The translations under genes and the position numbers were made by a program. 40,008 nucleotides of DNA. It comes from Myxococcales bacterium. Lineage in GTDB: Bacteria > Myxococcota_A > UBA9042. The DNA lies in contig JBBISH010000056.1 of NCBI GenBank assembly GCA_037441385.1, positions 1 to 40,008 on the forward strand, given 5' to 3'. Positions 8,925 to 16,633 of this stretch are shown here, one piece after another; position 1 is the first letter of the stretch; every line of letters begins with the position of its first letter. The notes under the pieces were generated by a model that was not told the DNA's origin, made no database searches, and saw nothing but the letters and a program-made list of their open reading frames with translations.

Positions 8925-9599
8925 ATGTCACACTTGGTCACACCCCCGAAATCTCCGATACCGCGTGCCGACCTGCACGCCGAACTTGAGCTTGCGCACA
9001 ACTACCTGGCAGAATGCGCAAAGCGAACGCTGCAGTCCCTCCCCGAAATACCCGTGAGGTCATGGGGCAGCCAGATGAAGCGCACGTACGTCCAACTGAC
9101 CGCGGACCGCCCAAAGCACGTCGTCCAGGATCGGCATGAGCACAGCCTGACCGAGATCATGAACCAGTGCGCCACGCTCGAGCGCCTCATCGACGCCCTG
9201 ACGTGGGCCAGCATCCGTGCCAGCGGCCTTGACCACTACTACGTGACGGCCTGCAATCCAACTACCAGCAGCACGGGCCACGACCTGGAGTTGCGGGACG
9301 AAGCTGGAAACGTCGCGCTGTTCGAGGTCTCGGACGTTGCGAGCACTAGCGACGGCAACCAAAAGGAGCGAAAGGACCTGCAATCGCTCGGCTGCATCAA
9401 CAAGGACGGCACTCTCAACGGGGATTGGCCGACCGGTCGCCGCTTTCTTGTTGTTTCATCCGAGTTCGCCGAGCGCCTGGAGGGACTTGGGCGGGCCGTG
9501 TGCAAATACGTTAGGTATACCGAGGTCTTCAGGGGCGCCGGGGCCCAGGGTGGAACCGTAGTTCTGGAGGTGAAGCCGCGAGAACCGCCGCGCCCATAG
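8925..9599 (+). CDS. Hypothetical protein, possible PD-(D/E)xK-like nuclease
   Basis: GAGGA RBS. GHDLELRDEAGNVALFEVSD resembles a D-x(n)-E-x-(K/S) core. The stop codon lies inside site C. Confidence 0.6.
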   Translation: MSHLVTPPKSPIPRADLHAELELAHNYLAECAKRTLQSLPEIPVRSWGSQMKRTYVQLTADRPKHVVQDRHEHSLTEIMNQCATLERLIDALTWASIRASGLDHYYVTACNPTTSSTGHDLELRDEAGNVALFEVSDVASTSDGNQKERKDLQSLGCINKDGTLNGDWPTGRRFLVVSSEFAERLEGLGRAVCKYVRYTEVFRGAGAQGGTVVLEVKPREPPRP

Positions 9600-9618
9600 T
9601 TCCCCCGCCACAACTAAC
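9595..9618 (+). repeat. 24-bp site copy C
   Basis: CATAGTTCCCCCGCCACAACTAAC; 27 bp identical to copy E when the upstream GCGCC is included. Confidence 0.95.
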
Positions 9619-9650
9619 GCACCGTGCCCGCGAATCACCCGGGCCGGACC

Positions 9651-11339
9651 TCAATCGTCATCCTCGCTGTACGTGGCAGCCGCGCGGTCCCGACGGCGCT
9701 TGGCGACCGACGAGCTCCCTTCGAGCCACCGCCGCTCGAACCAGCGAACGAGCAGCATGACGTCGCCACCGTACCACGCGCGATACTCGTGGCGTTCGCT
9801 GCCGGAACCCGACCCGTCCGTGCCTCGCTCGAACATGAACTCGCCGACCGCGCGAAACTCGCACGCCGAGCCCAACATCGGCGCCTGCCGCACCTGGAGC
9901 AGGTTGCCGGCACCAAGGTCGAACACGTAGTCCGGTTTCGCCGAGTCGCGCGGACCGATAAGGACCGGCGCATCGTGCGCCATCTGCAAGGCGCGCAGCA
10001 GCTCGATGCCCAGCTCCGTGGCACGTGCGCCATGGGTGAGCAACTGCCGGAGTTCGCTGCGACACTGGGCCTCTTGGTCGTCGTTCATGCGGTACACGCT
10101 GGGGCATGGCGCTACCAGCGCGTGGCGGGTTGGCTCGAAGGCGGAGCAGAATTCGTTCAGGCGATACCCGCGATTTACAGCGTTGACGCCTGACTCCCGG
10201 CAGGTCTTGGCGTGCCCCTTCAGCCAGGCCTTTGCCGTTGCGGGATCGAGGGCACTTGTTGACCCCGAATTCCACCCTCGGTGATTGCCGTCACCGTCGA
10301 AGGTAACGGCCTCGGTAAGGGCGCGCATGTCAGGGTGGTGGTCGTCGGCCAGGATCTTTTCGAGGCACCACGGGTCGGCGAGTTGCGGCGCCAGTCTCGC
10401 GAGCACAGCCAGCCACGGTGCCTGATGTGCGACGTGGTAGGGGGCAACGAAGCTGCGAAATTCGGCCGCCAGTTCCCCCCAAGCGTAAAGTCTGCCATTC
10501 CGGTCCCAAATCCAAGTGCACTTGGGCTTGTCGGGAAGCTCGCTGTAGTCAATCCTCCCTTGGCTGACAATGGAGTACAGCGACCTTGTTTCGTAACGGT
10601 TCCCGTCCCAGTAGCCGAGGTACATCGCTACTTCGTACAGCGACAAGTCCGGCACCTCGCCTTGCTCGATTTGGTGCTCGACTCGGGCTCTCGTGTCTCC
10701 CGACAGTAAAGCCAACTTCGCGCTGTCTGGTTTCTCGATCGGAATGCGCACCCGGCCGGCCTCGTCAAAGAGCCGGGGCGGTGGCGGCGGCGGCAGCGGG
10801 TACAAGTCCTCATGACCGACCACCTGCCAACCGCGGGGTACCTTGACAAGAGTCGTTGCGGCGACTTTGGCGCCCTTGAAAAACGCAAGGTCCGCTGGAC
10901 TCGCGAGCACGACCACTGCGCTCTTGTGCTCTTGGGCGTGGTCGCGCAACGCGTCCAGCACGTCTGGCGTTGCCTTGACGACCACGCACGTGAATAGCCG
11001 CTGGGCATGCTTGGCACGCCCATCCAGGAACGCGATCGCATCCGCACCGAGCGCTGGGTCCAAGACGAGCACCGTTTGCTCGGCCAGCCGCGACAGGTCA
11101 TCGACCTCGACCCCCAGCGCCGCGGCGAGTGCCTGCTTGCGGCACGCGTGGTGGCTGTCGAAGAAGAAGTCGCGGCCCTCCCGCTTGCCGTTGAGTAGCT
11201 TGCTCACCTTGGCCGTCAGCGTGCTGAATTCGACGGCACTGTCGGCATCGCGCAGGGACTTGTCCAGCACTACAGCAAGCTCCTTCTGTGCGCCTTGGTT
11301 CTTCTTGACCTTCGCCTTGATGAAATCGTGCAGTAGCAT
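9651..11339 (-). CDS. Hypothetical protein (~562 aa) with a possible N-terminal XRE-like HTH
   Basis: GGAGG RBS before ATG 11339. QKELA...VSKLLNGKR...ALAAALGV resembles an XRE HTH. Proline-rich linker; the rest is unrecognised. Confidence 0.65.
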   Translation of the reverse strand: MLLHDFIKAKVKKNQGAQKELAVVLDKSLRDADSAVEFSTLTAKVSKLLNGKREGRDFFFDSHHACRKQALAAALGVEVDDLSRLAEQTVLVLDPALGADAIAFLDGRAKHAQRLFTCVVVKATPDVLDALRDHAQEHKSAVVVLASPADLAFFKGAKVAATTLVKVPRGWQVVGHEDLYPLPPPPPPRLFDEAGRVRIPIEKPDSAKLALLSGDTRARVEHQIEQGEVPDLSLYEVAMYLGYWDGNRYETRSLYSIVSQGRIDYSELPDKPKCTWIWDRNGRLYAWGELAAEFRSFVAPYHVAHQAPWLAVLARLAPQLADPWCLEKILADDHHPDMRALTEAVTFDGDGNHRGWNSGSTSALDPATAKAWLKGHAKTCRESGVNAVNRGYRLNEFCSAFEPTRHALVAPCPSVYRMNDDQEAQCRSELRQLLTHGARATELGIELLRALQMAHDAPVLIGPRDSAKPDYVFDLGAGNLLQVRQAPMLGSACEFRAVGEFMFERGTDGSGSGSERHEYRAWYGGDVMLLVRWFERRWLEGSSSVAKRRRDRAAATYSEDDD

Positions 11340-11375
11340 CGGTACCTCCATGGACGCAATTTGCCATCCCTGCGC

Positions 11376-11416
11376 TTGCTGGCAATAGCATAGGAGGCGA
11401 AAAAAGTTGCCAGCAA
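11376..11416 (-). promoter_or_regulatory. Paired inverted operator-like boxes upstream of the HTH gene
   Basis: TTGCTGGCAA (11376-11385) and its reverse complement TTGCCAGCAA (11407-11416) flank a minus-strand TATGCT -10-like hexamer. Confidence 0.45.
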
Positions 11417-11455
11417 TTTTAGACAGCGCGGTCAGGCGACGCTGGACCCCAAGCC

Positions 11456-11479
11456 AATTGTTCCCCCGCCACAACTATT
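11456..11479 (+). repeat. 24-bp site copy D
   Basis: AATTGTTCCCCCGCCACAACTATT; the outermost arm pair is A...T rather than C...G. Confidence 0.9.
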
Positions 11480-11637
11480 CTCCATCGGTCCACAACGATG
11501 CAGGCAAGCGACGGCTGCCCCTCCTCGACGACAGCGTCGACGTGTATCGGGAAGCCGACCTCGACCGCCTGCGCAATGTGTCGGACGAGGTTGGCTTCTT
11601 GGACCCGCAGTCCGCGGCGGACGTGCTGGCGCCTTGA
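11480..11637 (+). pseudogene. Possible C-terminal gene remnant beginning at site D
   Basis: Frame reads ...PSVHNDAGKRRLPLLDDSVDVYREADLDRLRNVSDEVGFLDPQSAADVLAP* with coding-like codon use but no convincing start or RBS. Confidence 0.3.
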
Positions 11638-11774
11638 AACCTATTGCCGCATCATCAAAAAGTCTCAGCAATGTTCACGAAGAAGGCTGGCGCCAGTGAC
11701 CCACCCTTCCGCACCCTGCCCAAGACTGCTACCCTGTGCGTGGGCAGGCCGGTGCCTGCGCAACACCTGTAGCC

Positions 11775-12005
11775 ATGGGAAACGCCCTCAAAGCCGAAGA
11801 CCTCCTACCACTGGCTGCCCGCCTGTCCGCGCGCGAGCGGCGGCGCCTGGCTACTCGCCTGTTGGCGTTGCCTACGCCGGCGACGCCCAATTCGGATGCG
11901 GAACGCTACCGTGACCACCCGCCAACCAGCGACGAGTCTATGGCGACCGATGCAGGTGTCGCGTTTGACCCCCTCGGCTGGGATGAGTTCTATGCGACGC
12001 GGTGA
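11775..12005 (+). CDS. Putative antitoxin of the MazF-like toxin
   Basis: 76 aa with an acidic C-terminus (FDPLGWDEFY); overlaps the toxin start. Confidence 0.65.
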   Translation: MGNALKAEDLLPLAARLSARERRRLATRLLALPTPATPNSDAERYRDHPPTSDESMATDAGVAFDPLGWDEFYATR

Positions 12006-12303
12006 AATTCGCCTCTGTCGGTTCGCACTGCCGGACAAACGGCGCCCCGTGCTACTGCTGACCCGGCAGGACGTGATAGGGCAATTGCGCGAGGTCATCG
12101 TGGCGCCCATCACGCGGACCGTGCGCGGCTTGGCGAGCGAGGTCGTTCTCACGGGCGCGGACGGAATGCCCACGACCTGCGCCATCAACTTCGACCACCT
12201 CGGCGTGGTGCGCAAGGAAGACTTGGGAGCCGTGGTCGCTGCACTGCCTCACGACCGCTGGCGCGAGGTCGAGCAGGCCTTGCTGATTGCGTGCGGTTTC
12301 TAG
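11992..12303 (+). CDS. mazF: PemK/MazF-family toxin
   Basis: MRRGEI...DKRRPVLLLTR...VIVAPIT...AINFDHL signature. Confidence 0.9.
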   Translation: MRRGEIRLCRFALPDKRRPVLLLTRQDVIGQLREVIVAPITRTVRGLASEVVLTGADGMPTTCAINFDHLGVVRKEDLGAVVAALPHDRWREVEQALLIACGF

Positions 12304-12416
12304 CCCCAACCCCAGGGTAGTGCATAGAAGTCTGGCCGATTCCTAGTGGCTGTACTGGGGGCCAGGGACACCGGCCGGGCCTGAACTGGGTGGGCTGCCG
12401 GGCGACGTCCTGCGCC

Positions 12417-12440
12417 CATAGTTCCCCCGCCACAACTATG
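12417..12440 (+). repeat. 24-bp site copy E (consensus)
   Basis: CATAGTTCCCCCGCCACAACTATG. Confidence 0.95.
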
Positions 12441-12544
12441 ACCTAGCCGCAACAGGCACCGTTGACGCCCTGTCTTGACAGCCCCTGGCCGACAGGCAAA
12501 CTCCGACCTATCGGCCTTCCATCGCCGACCGGAGCCACCGCCAC

Positions 12545-13201
12545 ATGCACGACCTCGCCCCGCAAGTCACCCTGCACCGCACCCTCGACGACCGCTGCCA
12601 GGCCTTCCTGGACCGCGCCGAGCAGATCCGCAAGAACCACACCATCGCCGCAGTGCTAGAGCTGGGCGAAGCGGCGGTGCGCGAGTTCTACGACGGCGAC
12701 GTCAGCCGCTCGTACCTGCGCGGTCAGGCCGTCGAGGAGCCCCTGGCGGCCCTGGTCGAGCGCCACGCCCAGCGCATGGCGTACGTGGGCCTGACGATCG
12801 ACCAAGTCAGGTCGGCGATTCGAGCTTGGGACGTCAACCGCCAGCTGCCGCCCACTTCGCAGGGCCAGCTGGGATCGAGCCAGCTGCGGGCGCTGGCCGC
12901 GATTCCGTCGTCGGCCGACCGCGCGGCGCTGGCCAACCAGGCGGTGGACGAGCGCTGGACCAGCCACGAGACCGAGGCGCAGGTCGCGACTTTCCGCCAA
13001 ACCAGCGGGCTCGCCGGCAAGGGCGGCCGCAAACCCACCGCCGCCGAGGTCAAGGCCAGCAGCGCCGCTGTGCGCGAGCTGGGCCGGTTGGGCGAGCCAA
13101 AGGGCGTAGATGGGATGAGCCTGGCGACGCGGGTGCAGCTGCGCCAAGACCTGCAGAAGCTGGTGCATCAGGCGCAGGCGTGGCTGCGCGAGCTGGCGTA
13201 G
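12545..13201 (+). CDS. Hypothetical helical protein, weakly DUF1016-N (YhcG-N)-like
   Basis: GGAG RBS and an upstream TTGACA (12475-12480). LGSSQLRALA...QAVDERWTSHETEAQV resembles the DUF1016-N pattern; no nuclease domain follows. Confidence 0.6.
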   Translation: MHDLAPQVTLHRTLDDRCQAFLDRAEQIRKNHTIAAVLELGEAAVREFYDGDVSRSYLRGQAVEEPLAALVERHAQRMAYVGLTIDQVRSAIRAWDVNRQLPPTSQGQLGSSQLRALAAIPSSADRAALANQAVDERWTSHETEAQVATFRQTSGLAGKGGRKPTAAEVKASSAAVRELGRLGEPKGVDGMSLATRVQLRQDLQKLVHQAQAWLRELA

Positions 13202-13261
13202 CCTGTACGTCGCACCCAAGGTTCGATTTTCAGGTTGCTGGGGCAGGGTGCGGCCCTTGTT

Positions 13262-16200
13262 CTAGTCCACCACCCCGACCCAGTCCCACGCGCCGACGAA
13301 CAGCAGCCCCACCGCCTCGACTTGCCGGCCGGTGGCCTCGACAGCCTGGCGGTAGGCCTGCAGTTGGGCGGCGTACTTCTCTAGATGCGCGGACTTGACC
13401 AAGTGCTCGGCAGAGCTGGCGTCCACCTGGTTGCCGCCCTTCCAATCCACGATCCACCACTTGCCATTGGGCCGCTCGACCAGAAGGTCTACCCGGCCAG
13501 GCAGCACCGCCGCGCCGGCTACGCCCAGGACCGGCAGCTCGGCGTAGCGGCGGGCGCCGGGCTCGGTCAGCACGTGGTAAATCCCGGGCTGGGCGGTGGC
13601 CAGGTTCTGGCCCAACTCGAGCAGGTACTTCTCGGTCTCCGCGCCAGCCACGGTGGGCCACGCGGTCAGGAAGGCGGTAGCGTCGGCTGGATTGGGGCTC
13701 CGCTCCAGCCCGTGGCTGGCCATCCAGGCGTGCACCAGGTTGCCGCGGGCGTTGTCGGGCATGTCCCGGACGGCCTTGGGTACGTCCAGGCGCTCGCCTC
13801 CCCGGCGGACCTGCGGCAGGGCGCGCTGGGCAAAGGCTAGGGCGAGCTCCTTGCGCTGCTCGGCGGGGAACAACACCTCGGCCGACGACGGTGACTGGAT
13901 CTGCCAAGCCGGTATCGCCTCGGGCGGCGCGGGCAAGGGCGCGGCCACCTCTACCCAGGCGTTGGCCAATGGGTTCAAGGGCTCGGGCGGCTCTAGGGCC
14001 AGGACCTTGACGCCGGGCAGCTCGTGGTCGGCCCCAGCCCACAACCGCCGCAGCTCCTGGTGGATGCCGCGGCCGTCGCCCAGCGCCAGCGTCACGCTGC
14101 GCCTGGCCCGAGTCACGCCCACGTAGGCGGTGCGCAGCCGCTCTTCCTGCCGGCGCGCTTCGCCAACCGCCTTGGCCAATTGCTTGATGGGATCGCCCTT
14201 GGGGTTCAAGGTCTCGGCCGGGTCCAGCTCCACGCCCTGCAGGATGCGCTCTTGGCCCCCGACGAACACCCGCTCGGCCTCGCCCTTCGCCTCGGGGGTC
14301 ATGCCCGCGTCGACCAGGCACACATGGTCCCACTCCAGACCCTTGGCTTGGAAGATGGTGGTGCAGCTGACCGTGCCCTGGCCGCGCCCGACCTTGACCC
14401 GCGGGCCGTCGTCGGCGTTCCCGTTCTCGTCAAGAACCTGGACGACCGCGTTGGGATCCACGCCCTCGCGCTCGGCGCTGCGGACCCAGTCCAGCGCCAC
14501 TTCCAGGTGCGCAACGGCGTCCTGGCCGTCAGGCGACACCGCCAGCAGCGTGCGCCAGTGCAGCGCCGTGGCAAGGGATTCCACGATGTCGGCGGTGGGC
14601 TCGCGACCGATTCGCCCCACTGCCTCGCGCAGCAGGGGTTGGCAGCGGTCGAACACGCCGCGGTCGCGGTCGTCCAGGGCGCCGTCGGCCAACCGCTCGG
14701 CGAGCAGGCTGTACTCCAACCCCTTGCGGCGAGTGTCGCGAACCCACAGGCAGTCGGTGCCGTTCAGGGTGGCCAGGCCCCCGTCGCTCAGCCCCACCAG
14801 CGGCGTCTTCCATAGCGCGGCCACTGCTTGGCGGTCGCGCGGGTCCCAAAGCGCCTGCACCAGCAGCCGCAGGTCGCGCACGGTGGTGGTCTTGGCCAGC
14901 TCGGTCGAGCCGTCCAAAAAGGCCTTGTCGCGCCCGCCCAGCAGCACCCGCAGGCGATCGCGGGCCGCCTGGGCATTGCGCCAAGTGGCCGCCAGCACCA
15001 CCGCGCTGTCGTGGCGCGTGCCTCCGGCGGACTCGTGCGCCCAGGCGTCCTGCATCCGCTGGGCAAACAGGTCCACCGCCGCCGCCCGCACTTCGCCCGC
15101 GGCGAGTTCGTTGTCCTTTGGCTTGTCGCTGTCCGGGTTCGGCGTGCGCACGGCGATGACGATGGGCGCGGTGCCCAGGCGGTGCGCTTCGCTGAGCTCA
15201 TACTTGGCGGTGTCGGGCGAGCTCTGCACCTGATCGACCGGCTGCAAGCCGGGCAGCTGCGGCGCCATGCTGCCGTCGGCCGTGCCCGAGGTAGCCAGAA
15301 ACAACGCCTTCTGCGCCGCCGCCAGCGCCGGTGTGGGCCGGCGCGCCGTCAGCAGCTCGCGAAGCTGGCCGCCGGCCTGGCGCTGCAGGTCGGCGAACAC
15401 CTCGGGCTCGGCGCCGCGGAACAGGTAGATGCTCTGCCGCACGTCGCCCACGTAGGTGGTCGGCAGCGCCCGGCCGCCGCCCGGCAGCTGGCTCAGGGCC
15501 CGATACAGCCGCGCCTGCCGCGGGTTGGCGTCTTGGGCCTCGTCGACCAGCAGGGCGCCAAAGCGGGTCCGCAGGTGCGGCGGCGGCGACTCGCACAGGG
15601 CGATGGCCGCGTCCAGCAGCAGCTCGTAGTCCAGGGTGTTGCTGCTGGCGCACAGGGCGCGGGCGCGGGCACGGCAGGCGTCGGCCAGCTCAGCGATGGC
15701 GCGGCGCAGGGCATCGGCGCGGGCGATGGCCTCGGGGCTGGTCCACTCGGCAAAGCCGCGGATGGCTTGGGCGACGGGCAGCTGTACGGTGCCCAGGTCG
15801 AGTGCCGGTGACTCCGCCAGCTTGGCCAGGATCAAGTCGGTCAGCTTCGTTGGCTTGCCCTTTGGAAAGGCTTGGTTGGCGACATAGGCAAGCAGCAGGT
15901 GCGGGCCCGGCGCTGCGGCACCCGCGTCCAGCCAGGCCTGCACGGCGGCAAACCTCGCTTTGTCCTTCAGCCTGGCGAGGTTCTCGCGGACCGACGCGAC
16001 CAGTTCCCTCACCACCGATTCGGCCACCGGCAGCAGCCGTTCGGCCACCTCCGCCGCCATCCACAGTTCTTCGCCCGCATCGCGGCGCGCCCACTTCGCT
16101 ACCTGTTCAGTCAGCTCGGCCAAGGTCAGGTCGCGCAAGGCCAACTCGGCGGCCGGGGGCAGGCCGCCCGTCGCCGGTTCGATGACCTCGCGGGCCGCCG

Positions 16201-16630
16201 TGGCATAGGCTTCGGCCGTGGCGCCAAGACCAATCGGCTGATCCAGCGCCGCGGTGGTCCCGTCGCCCAGCGGCAGCACGGCGTGCACGGCGAACTCGCC
16301 CAGCAGCGCCTGCACGAACGAGTCGGTGGTGCCCACCGGCGCGTCGAACAGCCCGCGCAGCGCCCGGCGGCACCGGTCGGCATCGGGCGCCGCCGCGGCA
16401 TACTTGCCCCAGGCGGAACCAAGCTCTGCCTTGCAGTCCGGGTCGCCCAACACTGCGCGCAGCACCTTGGCCACCCGCTCGATCAGCTCAGCGCCGGCCG
16501 CGCGGGTAAATGTGATGGCGATGATCGACCGCGGCTCGCAGGTCTTGAGCAGCTGCAGGTACTCGCAGACCAGCTGGGTGGTCTTGCCCGAGCCGGCGGC
16601 GGCGGCATACACGATGGGTGTGTTCGACAT
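13262..16630 (-). CDS. addA: AddA/RecB-like UvrD helicase-nuclease
   Basis: AAAGSGKT, AITFT, VDEAQD, VGDVRQSIYLFRGA, TIFQAKGLEW and YVGVTRAR helicase motifs; C-terminal GRVDLL...IVDWK...QLQAY nuclease. Confidence 0.8.
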   Translation of the reverse strand: MSNTPIVYAAAAGSGKTTQLVCEYLQLLKTCEPRSIIAITFTRAAGAELIERVAKVLRAVLGDPDCKAELGSAWGKYAAAAPDADRCRRALRGLFDAPVGTTDSFVQALLGEFAVHAVLPLGDGTTAALDQPIGLGATAEAYATAAREVIEPATGGLPPAAELALRDLTLAELTEQVAKWARRDAGEELWMAAEVAERLLPVAESVVRELVASVRENLARLKDKARFAAVQAWLDAGAAAPGPHLLLAYVANQAFPKGKPTKLTDLILAKLAESPALDLGTVQLPVAQAIRGFAEWTSPEAIARADALRRAIAELADACRARARALCASSNTLDYELLLDAAIALCESPPPHLRTRFGALLVDEAQDANPRQARLYRALSQLPGGGRALPTTYVGDVRQSIYLFRGAEPEVFADLQRQAGGQLRELLTARRPTPALAAAQKALFLATSGTADGSMAPQLPGLQPVDQVQSSPDTAKYELSEAHRLGTAPIVIAVRTPNPDSDKPKDNELAAGEVRAAAVDLFAQRMQDAWAHESAGGTRHDSAVVLAATWRNAQAARDRLRVLLGGRDKAFLDGSTELAKTTTVRDLRLLVQALWDPRDRQAVAALWKTPLVGLSDGGLATLNGTDCLWVRDTRRKGLEYSLLAERLADGALDDRDRGVFDRCQPLLREAVGRIGREPTADIVESLATALHWRTLLAVSPDGQDAVAHLEVALDWVRSAEREGVDPNAVVQVLDENGNADDGPRVKVGRGQGTVSCTTIFQAKGLEWDHVCLVDAGMTPEAKGEAERVFVGGQERILQGVELDPAETLNPKGDPIKQLAKAVGEARRQEERLRTAYVGVTRARRSVTLALGDGRGIHQELRRLWAGADHELPGVKVLALEPPEPLNPLANAWVEVAAPLPAPPEAIPAWQIQSPSSAEVLFPAEQRKELALAFAQRALPQVRRGGERLDVPKAVRDMPDNARGNLVHAWMASHGLERSPNPADATAFLTAWPTVAGAETEKYLLELGQNLATAQPGIYHVLTEPGARRYAELPVLGVAGAAVLPGRVDLLVERPNGKWWIVDWKGGNQVDASSAEHLVKSAHLEKYAAQLQAYRQAVEATGRQVEAVGLLFVGAWDWVGVVD

Positions 16631-16633
16631 GGC

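Noticed and set aside
2551..12440. 24-bp repeat as a CRISPR array (GTTCCCC start resembles type I-E repeats)
   Set aside because: Spacing is 0.2-6.8 kb, orientations are mixed, there are no 30-40 bp spacers and no cas genes.
9595..12440. 24-bp site as a canonical attC or XerCD dif site
   Set aside because: The order is GTT...AAC with a conserved centre, not RYYYAAC...GTTRRRY ends. There is no TTATGTTAAA XerD arm or 6-bp spacer, and no integrase in the window.
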